This document shows, in pieces, positions 25,413 through 38,109 of a stretch of 64,000 bases of DNA. The position numbers were made by a program, and so were the translations under genes. Numbering within the stretch: the first letter of the stretch is position 1; each line of letters starts with the position of its first letter. The notes under the pieces were generated by a model that was not told where the DNA came from, ran no database searches, and saw only the letters and a program-made list of their open reading frames with translations. Origin of the DNA: Camelus ferus (Eukaryota). The DNA is taken from contig NC_045697.1 in NCBI RefSeq assembly GCF_009834535.1, forward strand, positions 20,152,001-20,216,000, read 5' to 3'.

Positions 25413-25953
25413 TGATAGAGGAAAATGGGACACAGAGGATGATCGCGTTCCAGGTCTCAGCCTAGTCTCTGGGACGCACTCTGCAAAGTGAAGGTCCTTA
25501 GCTTCACACAGGAAAGAATTCAAGAGTGAACCATACTTGAGTGGAAGTAGATTTATTCAGAGAGACCCATACTTCATAAACAGAGTGCAGGCCGTCTCAG
25601 AAGGCTGAGCACCCCCAGGGTATAGAGGGTGGGAGGTGTTTAAAGTAGAGACACACTCCAAAGACGTAGTGTGATCCTTCTGCAAAGGCAAGAAAGAGAC
25701 CACAAGGTGCAGGGTTGTGGTTAGTTTTTATGGGCTCTGTAACATCATATGCTAACAAGTGGGAGGATTACTTCAACTACTTTGGGAAATTTTGTCAGCC
25801 TCAGAACTGTCACGGGGCCTGTGGGAGTGCCGTTTCCCATGCTAATGTGTTAAAATGACTGTATAATGAGGCTCAAGGTCTACTGGGAGTCGAGTCTTCA
25901 ATTGCTGTGTCATTCCTTTAATGGCTGCGCCTGTCCCCTTCCCTCCTGTCTCA
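25413..25953 (-). mobile_element. ERV1-class solo LTR (MER41/MER51-like organisation)
   Basis: TG...CA termini, 'caggaaagaattcaagagtga', minus-strand AATAAA (tttatt near 25552), near-TSD gtag/gaag. Confidence 0.78.
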
Positions 25954-25954
25954 G

Positions 25955-26990
25955 AAGAAGTAAAAGCTGATTTAAAAGATACTTAGTAGTATCTAGTAAA
26001 GTTGAAAAAAGCACATACCTTATCTGTTTGTTTGCTGAGGCTGCCATAACGAAGCACCACATCCTAGTGGCTTAAACAGAAAGCTGTTGGCTCACAGTTC
26101 TCTGTTCCATGCCTCTTCCCCAACTCCTGGTGGTTTGCTGGCAATTTTTGTTGTTCCTTGGCTTATAAAAGCATCACCCTTATCTCTGCCTTTATCTCTC
26201 CATGATGTTATTCCTGTGTGCCTGTGTCTGTATCTAAATTTCCTGCTTTTATAAGGACATCAGTCACTTGGATTAGGGTCCGCCCTACTAATATCATCTT
26301 AATTTTATTTCTCTCTGAAGACCCTATTTTCAAATAAGGTCACATTCTAAGGTACACTTAGGTTTGGGAATTAAACATAAAATTTTGGAGGGACATGATT
26401 AAAACCCATTAACACCCTATGCGAGAAATTCTCTTTTCGGAATATATTGGGAAAAGTATTGCATATTTATAACAGAACATATGCATAACAATATTCATTG
26501 CTACATTGCTTTTCATAGTAAACTACTGAGGAAAAATATCCATCAATATGGTAATAGATACTTATTTTTAAATCTATTTGCACTATATACATGGCATTCA
26601 AAATTATCAAGTTTTTATGTTCCAAGGCGGTTAGATTGCCGAAACACAATGGTAAGTGGAAAAAGCAAGTTGCATTAAGAAAGCTTAGAAGTAATTTTTA
26701 AAAGCATATGAAGAAATGACATGCATTGTTTATGCAAGCATAAAGATTATTTTTTAATTGATGAAGAAATAAACAAAAAAAATTTAGGAAAATAAAGCTG
26801 AGTCTAGATGGAGGGCAAGTGAACTGGTGAGAGAAACAAAGACCTCTCTTTTACCTGTAATACCTTATTTCTTTTTTTAAAAAAAAAGTCTAAACTATTA
26901 AACATATGTATTGATAATGCTAATATAATCATATGGTATCTAAATTGTTACATTATTTACTTACTTTTCTGAATGTTTTAACCTAAGAGA
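25955..26990 (+). mobile_element. Ancient L1ME-like 3' fragment interrupted by MLT1
   Basis: 'tagtagtatctagtaaagttgaaaaaagcacatacc' continues after the MLT as 'ctatgcgagaaattctcttttcggaatata...aatattcattgctacattg'. Confidence 0.65.
26023..26414 (-). mobile_element. MaLR solo LTR (MLT1B/C-like)
   Basis: 'ggctgccataacgaagcaccac...tggcttaaacagaaa...ataaggacatcagtcacttggattaggg...aaataaggtcacattct...cccattaaca'; near-TSD cctta/cccta. Confidence 0.9.
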
Positions 26991-27709
26991 GTTTTATAGG
27001 AGAAGAAAAAAATTATAATGATAACTCCAAACTTGGAATTATTAGGTTAATGTTTCTCAGTGGACATGGGACCCATGGATAAACCATAGCAAATGAGTAG
27101 GCTCTTAATACCATCATTTCTGTCTTAAAGCAACCAGATGTTTATGAAATAAATACTTCACATTTACATTTACATTTTATTTTGCATAAATATACATATA
27201 GATTTGCTTAATTTGCATACTTCTTTGAAGGTGTTTAACATCGAGTATGTAAGGTAAAATAAAATGCTACAACTTTAACAACTGAATTAAAAGTTCAATT
27301 TTCAAATCCAAAATTAAAATAGAATTTTAGAAGAAGCCCATCACAATCGTGTTTTGAAAGATGATGTGGAAATATTTCTCTCCTGGAGGACAGAACTAGG
27401 GGGAAGAAAAGGGATGAACAGATTATTTGGGGGAAGTTGGGAGGAAGCACAGTGTAGTGCCTGCACACAAGGTGTTAGAACTGGTGCTAACCCACCAGTT
27501 TTCCCATCTATAAAAAAAAAGGCTAATAAAGATGTATACATCTTAATGCTATAGACAGTCCTATAGAAACAGTTTGTGTTAAGACCCTGGCACAATGTAA
27601 CTCTTTTGAAAAAAAATAAATCAAATGTTGAAGTATTTATTTGTTATTCTGAGAAACCAGTGCATCATTTTCTGGACTGTGCCATGGAACTGACTAATGA
27701 ATACTTTGC

Positions 27710-28106
27710 AGATGGTCAAATAAAAAGAAACCTGGATGTAGATAAAGAGAGATTTTACTCAAATTAGATGATTGCAATAGGGAGAACACTCCCAGGGTAA
27801 GGTGTACGTGTATCTCAAAGGTTAGACAAATAGGACACTTGTCCAGGAAGGAGTAAGTTAGGAGATAAAGAAATGTGGGGGACTGGGATGAACAGAGGGC
27901 ATGATACGAACGTTGATCCAGTAATAATTTTTTCCCAAGGGCAGTCAATTCTCAGGAGACCCCAGTAGGCAGGGCTGTTCCCAATTCCAATATTTTCTTA
28001 ACTTCAAGGGTGAACCAAGGTCTAAGGACGTGTAGGGAGGAAAGAAGACTGACTAAGATTTGGCCAAGTTAAGTTAGAGGATATTTTGTCTAGATTGGTT
28101 AGGTCA
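27710..28106 (-). mobile_element. Probable old ERV1-class (MER-type) LTR
   Basis: 'gagattttactcaa...attgcaatagggagaac...tctcaaagg...caattctcaggagaccc' has an LTR-like layout; family not resolved. Confidence 0.45.
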
Positions 28107-28837
28107 GATAAAAGCGAAGGACTGAAATTTAAAAAAAAAAAAATAAAAAAAATAAAAAAAAAACCCTAGCAGAAGCTGATTAATGCAAATGTGAGTGTAA
28201 TTAATTACAATTTGGAAAGTGTTTTTCCTAAAAAAAATCTTTTTATATGTACCCTTAAAAGCAAACAAAATGTAATTAACAGATATTTTCTCATTAGCAA
28301 ATAGCACTGGGTTTATATTCCATCAAAGGTGTTAAAATGAAAAGAAAAATGAAGGTAACTTTGTTCTTAAATGTTGGTTCCAGATTATTGGCTCAACATT
28401 TATTATAGTGATTTTAGTCGAGACTTTATTAATAGAGATGCACTGTGATTATTTCATGCCACCTCTTCCCATTTAAAATCTGACTCTCTTTCTATGTTAG
28501 ACCTTTGTGTCTAATTCCCAGGTCTATCATTGGCATGCTTTATCTTGTAAACTATATGATATCATCCTTTTGGAATTGCATTTTTATAGATGGCAGAAAG
28601 GAGAAAGAAAGTTGGCTTTGGAAAATGTAAGCCTTTGTTTAAACATGGAGAAATTTAGTTCAGAAAGTAGTGAATGCTAGAATAGTTATAGAGGCATAAT
28701 TAAGGTAGATGGAGCTAAATGAATTTGTTTGGAGTAGGTATCCTCTCTTTCCCTCTCATGCATAAACTCATAATATTTAACTCAGAGACTGTATTTCATT
28801 TTGCTCCTAAGTTTTACTTTCACGAAAAATAGTTTTA

Positions 28838-28926
28838 CCAATATATATATACATATATGTGTATGTATGACTGGGACATTATGCAGTACACCAGAGATTG
28901 ACATTGTAACTGACTATACTTCAGTA
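28838..28926 (+). mobile_element. Ultra-short (about 89 bp) LINE-1 3' end insertion with 13-bp TSD
   Basis: 'gtatgactgggacattatgcagtacaccagagattgacattgtaactgactatacttca' is the reverse complement of the other young L1 ends; TSD aaaaatagtttta at 28825-28837 and 28927-28939. Confidence 0.9.
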
Positions 28927-30065
28927 AAAAATAGTTTTAAGTATTAATGGAAATAACTATTAATGTATTGGCCAGATTTATTGAATTCCATAGAACATGT
29001 AAATAAACCCAATGCAAATGTAATTTCTCAGTGTAAACAAAATAGGGTATAATCATTCATTCTCCTATTACAAAGCAGTGCCGAAGAGGTTAAAAAACTA
29101 ATAAGCTAGTATACAAAGAGGAATAAAAAGCACTAGTAATATGTATGTAATGTGAGAGTTATTTTCAGTAACAATTTCAGAAAGGTATTTTATACATTTT
29201 ATTATATGTAAACTAGATTTATAGCCATTTCTGTCTCCTATCTTGACCTTGACTTCTGAAATTTTAGCTCTGTTTTAGGATTCTGAAATTTTAGCTCTAT
29301 ATTATTCATGTTTTCTCTATCTTCCTTACAAGTTTAGAATAGACCTATGCGATTATGTAATTTTTAACGAGCTAAGATACTGACCCTTAATGTATGATTG
29401 TAAAGAACTGTTACATTTCATCTGAATTGTGAACTTGGAATTACTAATGTTTTATGCTGAAAGTAGTGTGAAGCATAACTCTCCCTTTCTCTATTTGATT
29501 GCCCTTCCTTTCACTAATAATCTGGACTTTTTATTTGTCAGTTGGCTGATTTGTTTGATACAAAAGATGAAGTGATAGCAATAATAGAATAAAAGCAAAT
29601 GAGCCCTGAGAAAAAACCACTCTGTTATCTAGATTTAGGTCACTTGATGCAAAACTTCCTTATCCTCTTATCTAATTCTCCTTTAATACAAAACCTTTGT
29701 AGCTCTACTTTTTTTTCCCTCTTGAATATGCAAAAATAGAACTGAAGTGGACTTAGAGGTTTCCTTCCAAGTGGAAAGAATATGTAAGTATGATGGGCAG
29801 TGATGCCTTTGAGGTCCCTTGATGATGCTCTGTAAATAATCTGGCTGAATAAAAGAATCTTGAATTAGTGGTAAAATGCTCAATATTGGAGGCAGCCACC
29901 TTCAGAGTCCCAGATAAATCTCTTAGGATCTCCCTACCTCAGGAGAGCCAAGGCAGGCTTCAGGGACTGGCAAAAAATGCCTTATAGATTTGTTTCTAAA
30001 AGATCTATATATGAGATGATTAGCTTAACACAGCAAGTGGAAAGTGGATCATACTCACTTTTTTA

Positions 30066-30320
30066 TGTTCAATTCAACCAATATTTATTAAACACCTTTT
30101 ATATGTCAGATACTAATAGGTGCTTGGAATCCTAATATAGTTCAGTTTATTCAAATGCAAGAGATAACTATACCAAAAGAGACTTCCAATTTACTTTAAA
30201 TTACACAATGTAAATACACATAGGGACTACGAAAGCACAGGACCCGGCTCCAGTCTTGCCTGAAAAATCAAGATTTTCAGAAAGATGGTGAGATAGAAGG
30301 AAAGAGGGCAGGGCAGAACA
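30066..30320 (-). mobile_element. L2 LINE 3' fragment
   Basis: 'ttcaattcaaccaatatttattaaacacc...atatgtcagatact...aggtgct'. Confidence 0.6.
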
Positions 30321-31199
30321 ATACGGATGGGTAGCCTTTCAATTACTAGAGTTAACTCCCTTTGTCATTATCCTGGTTATTTCTGTGACTACCAATATAC
30401 AGTGAACACTTGGCATTTGAAAATTTATGTGTAAGTCCCGCTATTGAGAAGTGACCCTAAGATTTTTATGAAATATCTAATTCTCCTAAAATTAAAGTTG
30501 AACTGCTTTCTGTTGGGAGTAACTGAAAACTAAAGTGAAACCTGTTTAAATAATAAAGGGAAGTGATTTCAGACTATCATGCATTCTTTAGAATCTTTGT
30601 TTTTGTATTGCCTTATTTAGCTCTGTGCTCTGAGTCCATTTTTTAGTATCCTCTGCTGGTACCCTTTTTCATATGAACATTTCAGACTCAGATGGCTTTT
30701 CCTAGGGCAGTGAACTGATTTCCACTGCGCCAGTCTGCCCATCTGTACAGCAAACCATATAGAAGAAGAAAGAATTTGTCTTACTCCAACCGTCAAGTAT
30801 AAATCCTGGACATGAAGATGAGTGTTCCAAGTTGGGTTGACGTGTAAGCCTTAGATGGAGAAATGCACACGGAGATTAGATTAAGTCCAGGTTAGCGTCA
30901 TCCCTGAAACAATCACAGGGACAAATGGATGGGTTTATGCCATTGGTTTAGGAGACACATCAGTATTTGGCTCTAGAGCAAGATATGGAGTGAGATACAG
31001 TCTGGGTAAATGAAGAGTAGTTGGGGAGAGTGGGTGCCTAAGAGTCTAGACTTGTCCCAGCATTAAACCTTCTCCTTATTATCTTGTGCTGATCTTGTGT
31101 TCACCACCTGTCAGAATATATTTTCTAAACTTTTCTATGTGGAAACTAATATGCTGCTTTGGTACATATGAACTAGAAGATTTTGGAAGGTCTTCAGGT

Positions 31200-31990
31200 G
31201 TATTAGTTCTGAATATCCATAAACTTCAATACTCAGATGTGTTTTTCAACACTACTAGGCAATTCTCCAGTTCTCCATGGACATTATGTCCTACAGTCTA
31301 ATTTAATTGTGACATTATCTATCCAAAACATGTCTTCAGATCCTACAGTTTAAGAGCACAGCCCAACAAGGTTGCCCCACCTCTACTCCCACCATTTCAG
31401 CCATCAGTCACAAGTTCATATTGTCACATATGCTTCTGACCAACTGGCTATAAATCAGTTTCCTATGAACCCCTCCTGGGTACCATTAATTTGCTAGAGC
31501 AGTTCACAGAACTCAGAGTAGCATTTACTTACAGCCACCAGTTTATTATAAAGAATATAAAGAATATTATAAAGAATATAGATGAATAGCAAGATAAAGA
31601 GGCACATAGGGAGAGGGCTGCAGAATTTGGATGCACCCTCCTTCCATCATGTGGACACATTCACCAATATGGAAGTTCATCAAGTCTCTTTGTTCAACAG
31701 TTTTCATAAAGCTTCATTTGTAGCCCCACCTCTCTCCTTCCCAGAGGTCAGGATGGGACTGAAAGTTTCAACCATCTAGTCACTTAATTTTTCTGGTGAC
31801 CAGCTCCATCCTGAAGCTATCTAGGGGCCCCACCCTAGGTTACCTCTTTAGCATGAATTCAGATGTTCTCAGAAAGAAATTAATTGTAAATAACAAAAGA
31901 TGTTCCCATCTCTTAGGGAATTCAAAGGATTTTAGTAGCTCTGTGCCAGGAAAAGGTGAAAAATACCTTCTCTATTATTTTTTATGCCAC
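31200..31990 (-). mobile_element. MER21-family LTR
   Basis: 'cagatcctacagtttaagagcacagcccaacaaggttgcccc...cttctgaccaactggctataaatc...attaatttgctagagcagttcacagaactcag...gggactgaaagtttcaacc'. Confidence 0.85.
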
Positions 31991-32054
31991 AAATATTTAA
32001 TTTTAGAAAATTGGCTTCTAAGATGAAAGTGGCATACATTCCAAGATTGATGCC

Positions 32055-32634
32055 TTTATTAGGTTTTCAATTTGCTGCCACAATAAATTACCAAAAACTT
32101 AGTGGCTTAAAATAGCACAGTTTTTTTAACTTGTATCTGTAGGTTAGAAATAGAGCATGTGTGTAAGAAAGCTAAAATAAAGATGTCAGCAGGGCTGTGG
32201 TCCTTTTTGGAGGCTCTAAGGAAGACTATTTTCTGCTCATTTGGTTTGTTAGCAGAATTTAGTTCCTTGTAGTTGTAGGACTGATGTCCCCATTTCCTTG
32301 CTGGCTGTGAACTAAGGGTAGTTTCCAGTTTCTAGAGGCTGCCACATTCCTAGACTTACGCCTTCCTTTCTCTGTTTTCAAAGCCAGTAATAGAGGGTCA
32401 TATCTCACTCACTTTGAATCTTTCTGACCCTCCTCAGCCAGGAAAGATTCTCTACTTTTAGAGATTAATATGATATAATATGACTAGATTGGGTTTACCC
32501 AGATAATCCTGGATAATCTCCTAATCTAAAGGTTCCTAAACTTTATCAAATCTGCAAAGTCCCTTTTGCCATATTCACAGATTTGTGAGATTAGGACATA
32601 GACATCTTTGGGGGCCATTATTCTGCCTACCTAA
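32055..32634 (-). mobile_element. MaLR solo LTR (MLT1D-like)
   Basis: 'aaattaccaaaaacttagtggcttaaaatagcac...cagataatcctggataatctcc...ggggccattattctgcctacc'. Confidence 0.9.
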
Positions 32635-32729
32635 TATACTAATCTCCACATTATTTCCAGATTGACCTTAAAAGTATTGCAGTTCCTGTATCAGTCAGAG
32701 TTCTCTAGAGAAAAAAGCCAATGGGATGC

Positions 32730-33255
32730 ATGTGTCATGCTTGCTGGAGTGTCTTTTGTTTGCCTGGGGGCCTTTAGAGTCCAATAGTGATTTAGTGTGG
32801 GGACTGAGGGTTATGTGGTGTCTCCTTCAAGTCCTGAGGGGCTAGAGTCTGAGATCAGTCTTGTGGTCAGTCAACCATGCTTATGCAATGGAGCCCCAAT
32901 AAAAATCTGGACACCAAAGCCCAGGTGAACTTCCTTGATTGGTGATACTCTGTGTCTATAGTCGCACATTCTTAATGGGAAAGGAACACTGTTCACGGCT
33001 CCACAGGGAGAGAGCTTGAAGTTTCATAGCTGGAACTTTCCTGGATTCAGCTATGTGCATTTCCTCCCTTGGTGAGTATAAATTTGTATCCTTTAGCAGT
33101 AATACCCCATAGCCATGGGTATCACAGTTCTCAGTGAATTCTGAGTCATTCTAGCAAATTAATGAGTCTCAGCGTGGTCTTGGGAACCCCCTAACTTGCA
33201 GTTGGTGTCAGAAGTGAGGGCAGTCTTGTGGACTGGGCTCCCTCTAACTTTGTAG
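32730..33255 (+). mobile_element. MER21C-like LTR, preceded by a short MLT2-like end (32687-32729)
   Basis: 'gtcaaccatgcttatgcaatggagccccaataaaaatctggacacc...ttctcagtgaattctgagtcattctagcaaatt...gcagttggtgtcagaagtgagggcagtcttg'. Confidence 0.82.
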
Positions 33256-33379
33256 CTCTCCACTAATAACCTTTACATTTCTAAATCCAATATTTTACCA
33301 TCTGGTTTCCATATCTAGTCCCAAACATGAGCCTTCTATTTTAGGCAAAAGGCTTCAAAGTGATTCTGGCTTTTCTCTC

Positions 33380-33745
33380 TGGTGGTGTATGATTGCTGTA
33401 ATGTCCCATGTTGTTCACACTTCTTTTCATCCACCTTGGGGAGCCCCTTCCCATAGTGACTTAGGGTTTACCATGCTATTTGATTTGACTGATGGACAAC
33501 AGACAATACGATACAAGCAGAGACTTAAAAAGGACTTGCATTTCAGTATTTGCCCTCTTGCTAAAACTCTGTGCTGCCACGTGAATAAGCCTGGACTAGC
33601 CAGCTGAATAATGAGGCATGTGGTGACCCTGTTGCTCCTGTGGCCCCAACCGACAGACCCTTAACTGAGCGCACTATAGAGCATACAGCAGTCAGCTGAC
33701 CTGCTGGCTGAACACAGGCGCATATGTAAATCCAGCTGACATCAT
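33380..33745 (+). mobile_element. MaLR LTR fragment (MLT1G/H-like)
   Basis: 'acaagcagagacttaaaaaggacttgca...tgccctcttg...gccacgtgaataagcctggactagcc'. Confidence 0.72.
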
Positions 33746-34394
33746 TGCTCAAATTTCAAGAAGGGACTGGAATTAATTGGTACTGATACATGAACACGTG
33801 ACTTACGATGGGAAAGGAGTATAAGGGAGGTGGTCCATATCTGGGTCATGTTGATACCAATGGGTTTATGCAGGGAACTGGGAGGGAAGTAGCTAACCTC
33901 AGTCCCGCTGAATGGACAGAACTTGTGTTGACTGGAAGATATATGGTTCCATGAATAAAAGGAATACTGGATAAATGAGTTACTCATCCATTATAGTTGC
34001 TCATACATTTGGAGTTGGATTTGTCATTTGTAGTGTCCACTATAGTGCTACATTATCTCAAGCAGACATACATAAAAAAATAGGTTATTTAAAGAGGTCT
34101 AGTCATATTTCAATTAGATTCACAGTCTGATCTACAAATGTTTATGGTGGCTCCTCTAAATAGGGACCATGTTGGCAACCCTTCAGAGGACAATAGAAGA
34201 GCAGTGCTTTCTTGCTAAGGGACTATTGCAGCAGTGAATACATTAGGCATAGTAAGGTAGACATAGAACATTAATGGTTAGATGGGTTTTATCTAGTGCA
34301 ATCTGCAATATATTTTGAGTTGTGCTTAAAATTATAATGCAAGTCCTTAAAGAACTTCAATATTCAAGACTACTGCATGAGATCACAGCTTCCC

Positions 34395-34761
34395 TGTTAT
34401 GGACTGAACTGTGTCTCTTCAACATTCACATACTGAAGCTTGCACCCCAATCTGACTATATTTGAAGATAGTGCCTTTAGGGAGGTAATTAAGGTTAAAT
34501 GAGGTTATAAGGGTGGAACTCTAACCAAATAGGACTGGTATCCTAAAAAAAAAAAAAAAAAAAAAAAGCAGAAAGAGACCCTAGAGGGAAGGCCATAGGA
34601 ATACACAGCAAGAAGGCAGCTATCTACAATCCAAGGAGAGAGGTCTCACCAGACACCAACTTTGCCATTTGGACTTCTAGACTCCAGAACTGTGAGAAAA
34701 TTGATTTCTATTGTTTAAGCCACCCAGTCTTTGGTACTGTGTTATGGCAGCCTGTAATACA
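34395..34761 (+). mobile_element. MaLR solo LTR (MLT1A/B-like) with internal poly(A) expansion
   Basis: Runs 'tgttatggactgaactgtgt...gcctttagggaggtaattaaggttaaatgagg...ccagaactgtgagaaaa...ttgtttaagccacccagtct...taataca' with TG/CA ends. Confidence 0.93.
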
Positions 34762-35202
34762 CCCTTCAATCAAAATGGATTTTTCCAGTTGCCTCATCAT
34801 GGGCTCCGGCTTTTTACCTGTTCCATTTTACTTTGTTGTTGTTAGGAACTGCATGATGGTTGTCTTCCTGGAACCTAATTAGAGTCTGTAAATCATTTTA
34901 ATTAGATCTTTTAATGAAATATTGAGCAATGGAAAATTCATTATGGCCAAGCTCTATAAAAATTATAATTAGGAGTTTACTAATCCTTCAGTAATATTTA
35001 TGCTTGTACTATGTGCTTAAAATAGACTAAATAATAAATATTTTTTAAACTCCACATACATTCTGAACATTTGTGTCTGGATTTAGAAAAATTGACAGGA
35101 AATTGAAGAGAAGATAGACTTCTGTGTTAGGTATATTAGGTCTGCACGGGTTTACTTGGCATGCACTTGAAAATTAATATTATTGCAAAGTGGAAAAGCA
35201 GT

Positions 35203-35370
35203 GGGACCCTAAGGTAAACTATGGACTTGGAGTGTAGGCTAATCAATTGTAACAAATGTATCACTCTGGAGAGGGACAGGCTATTCATCTGTGGGAACAG
35301 GAGGTATATGGGAAATCTTTGTACTTTCCTGGTATTTTCCTGTGAATCTAAAACTGCTCTAAAAATTTTA
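35203..35370 (+). mobile_element. L1MC-type 3' end fragment
   Basis: 'ccctaaggtaaactatggactt...atcaattgtaacaaatgtatcactct...gtgaatctaaaactgctctaaaaa'. Confidence 0.82.
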
Positions 35371-35438
35371 TATGTGTGTATATATGTATGTGTGTGTGTG
35401 TGTGTGTGTGTGTATAGAGATAGATATATATATATATA
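35370..35438. repeat. Compound (TG)n/(TA)n microsatellite
   Basis: Read directly. Confidence 0.95.
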
Positions 35439-37259
35439 TCTCAACCTAATTTATTAATCCAGGAATTTCACAAATCTCAGAAAAAAGTAGCTAACAGTCT
35501 CATAATGATAATAGCATACATTGATAATATTAAATTTTCATGGATCAAAATTAAAGGTGCCACAAGCCCTGGGCAGCGAAGGGAAGAGCAACAGGTGGTA
35601 TAGTTATTACCATACAAGTAAGTGGATGAGCTATTATTATCCTAAAGCTGCAAAGTGGAAACGTTTTGCCGTTGTATTTGTTTTGAAATGTTATATTAAG
35701 CACCAATGAAATGATAACTTCTGTTCTCAAAAATGTAATTTCTAAGATGTCTGACTACATCTTAGTGGGAAAGTAGGTGGAATGGGTTAAAAATGATTTC
35801 CTGTTCGGAGTGGTTAGAAATGTTATTAATTAATGAGAATGGTGCATTATTTGAATGAAGGACATAGAAATATTAGGAGACAAAGGAATAGTTTACTCAT
35901 GAATCTCTGTGGTAAAAAGGCCTCTAAGAGGAGAATGAATTTGTGATCTGGTCAATGTATCAGGACAACAAATGAGATAAGGGAAATGTATATTGAAAGA
36001 GACTCTCTCTTCCAAAGAGAGAAACCAATGAGCTGCGAAGTTATAGCTGCTAGAAGAGGAAGTGTAAAACTCTGCCTCAGGTTCTGGCTGACTGGGTAAT
36101 AGGAATTGAGTAGAAATCTGACATAAAACCACACGACCATTTTCGACCCAAGGGCCTTTAACCCCTTGACAAGGAAAGCTTACCATATCTGGAGCCAGTG
36201 TTTCCTGTCTAGAGTAAATCATTCTCATCTTCACATTTACAGCATTCTGTGTATAAATTCTCACAGCTTCTACCACATTGCATTGAAATATTTTTTTAAA
36301 TGCCTGTCTTTCACATAATGTCAAATTCCTCCAAACACCAGTGAGGAAGATTTATGTCATTGTCCCTCCAGCACCTGGCACGTGATCCAGTGTTGGATAG
36401 GTGCCCAGTCAGTGTTTAGAGAAGTAAACGGTAAATTCATCCTGTAATTAACTAAACACTATCCCCCACCCACTGGGACACGGTATAGAGAAATGGTATC
36501 TTTATGGAATTTCTAAGACATTAGATTTAAATAATGTAAACACTTAAATCCAACAGGATGCTAGAGACACACAGGAAATCTACTTTTTCTTTCTTAAAAT
36601 ATTTTTAGCTATGGTATTTTATACCTTTGTGCTTATTAATTTATTAAACTAAATTTTTGATCTTTGAATGAACTTCTGCACTATCAGTTGATTTAGTTAT
36701 TGGATTTTTATATGCGTGCTTGTCTATAAACAAATACAAATCTCTCTCTGTAGTCTGGGTTTCCAGCTTTTTCTATACTGTTAATATGTTAAGTGAATCA
36801 TCCACTAACTGAAGTACTTAAATGTCAGGATCAAGTACTTCAGTGACATCAATCAAAAATTAAGAAAGAAACCTCAGATCATATAATTTGTTTTGCTCCC
36901 AATTTGCTCTGAGATGCAAACAAACCCACTTATTTTTCATAGTCTAAATTATAAGTGAATGGAAAAATACATACTATGACTATAGCTGAAAATTAAGAAG
37001 AAATGTGTTGGTGTGTAAAACTGGATAGACTATAATTAGAGAAAAGGCTTCGCTCTGAAACAGAATATTCCATAGAATGTTTTAAAATATTTCTATTACT
37101 GTTGGAGACTTTTAAAGGACACTTAAAGAAGTTGAAAATATTTTATTGCCAAAACAACACTGCTATGATTCTTCTTTGGACTAAAGAGAAATTGTTGGAT
37201 GAGCCAAGTATGCACTGGCTAGATCCTCACAGTTTCAGGAAAGGTTTTAAGAGAAAGAG

Positions 37260-37260
<1 letters not shown>

Positions 37261-37310
<50 letters not shown>
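37261..37310. repeat. (AC)25 perfect microsatellite
   Basis: 50 bp of uninterrupted AC. Confidence 0.98.
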
Positions 37311-37312
<2 letters not shown>

Positions 37313-37999
37313 ACACTCACACTCAGAGATGTATTTTGAAGACCTTAACATTTGAATATTTTCTTTTGTATTATGGAATTCCTTTTTCTGGATAGGAAAA
37401 AAATAAATCTATTTTAAGGAAAAGGGCTGATTTCAATTAATTAGTTTTTACTATACTACTTTTCTAGGAGCCTGGCACACAGAAGAATTCATTAGATGGA
37501 TTTGAAAAAAAAAACATCAAATCATATGCTTGGGAAGAGATACGTTCCTTAATCCATCACCTAACAAAAAAGCCCTACATGAGAGTAGGCAGCTCCATTC
37601 AGGCTCTGTTAAAACAACTCATTACTTCTTAAGCCAGCCCTCTTCAATTTATGAAATGTTCTAGGTTTTTATTAGAATGGTGAAACCTGTTTTTTTCTTT
37701 TCATTTCTTTTTATTCTTTAAATATTTGCTTGCTTACATAATGTTATTTCTTTTACTGGGAATTATTTCAAATATTTATTTTTTAATTTCCAATAAATGT
37801 TTTTAAGATAAAAATACTCTTACTATACAGCAAGTACTCTAATATTAACTGTTTCAGATTGTATATGTATAGTTATTAATTGAAACAAAACCTGCAGATA
37901 CAGGAGGAAAAGGCCAGCTGGGTACCCTTTCATCCTGTTAACTACCTCATTTTCTTTCTCCTCTTAATGAATCATATCCTACATTGGTTGTTCATTCTT

Positions 38000-38090
38000 C
38001 CATCCAATTTATTTATTCAAATATTTGCCAAATGCCTGTTATAAGCCAAGCATTCTCTTAGACACTGCACAGAGAGCAGAGTACAGAATT
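38000..38090 (-). mobile_element. L2 3' end fragment
   Basis: 'ttattcaaatatttgccaaatgcctgttataagccaagcattctcttagacactg'. Confidence 0.7.
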
Positions 38091-38109
38091 TATAAAATTT
38101 ATAAAAATT

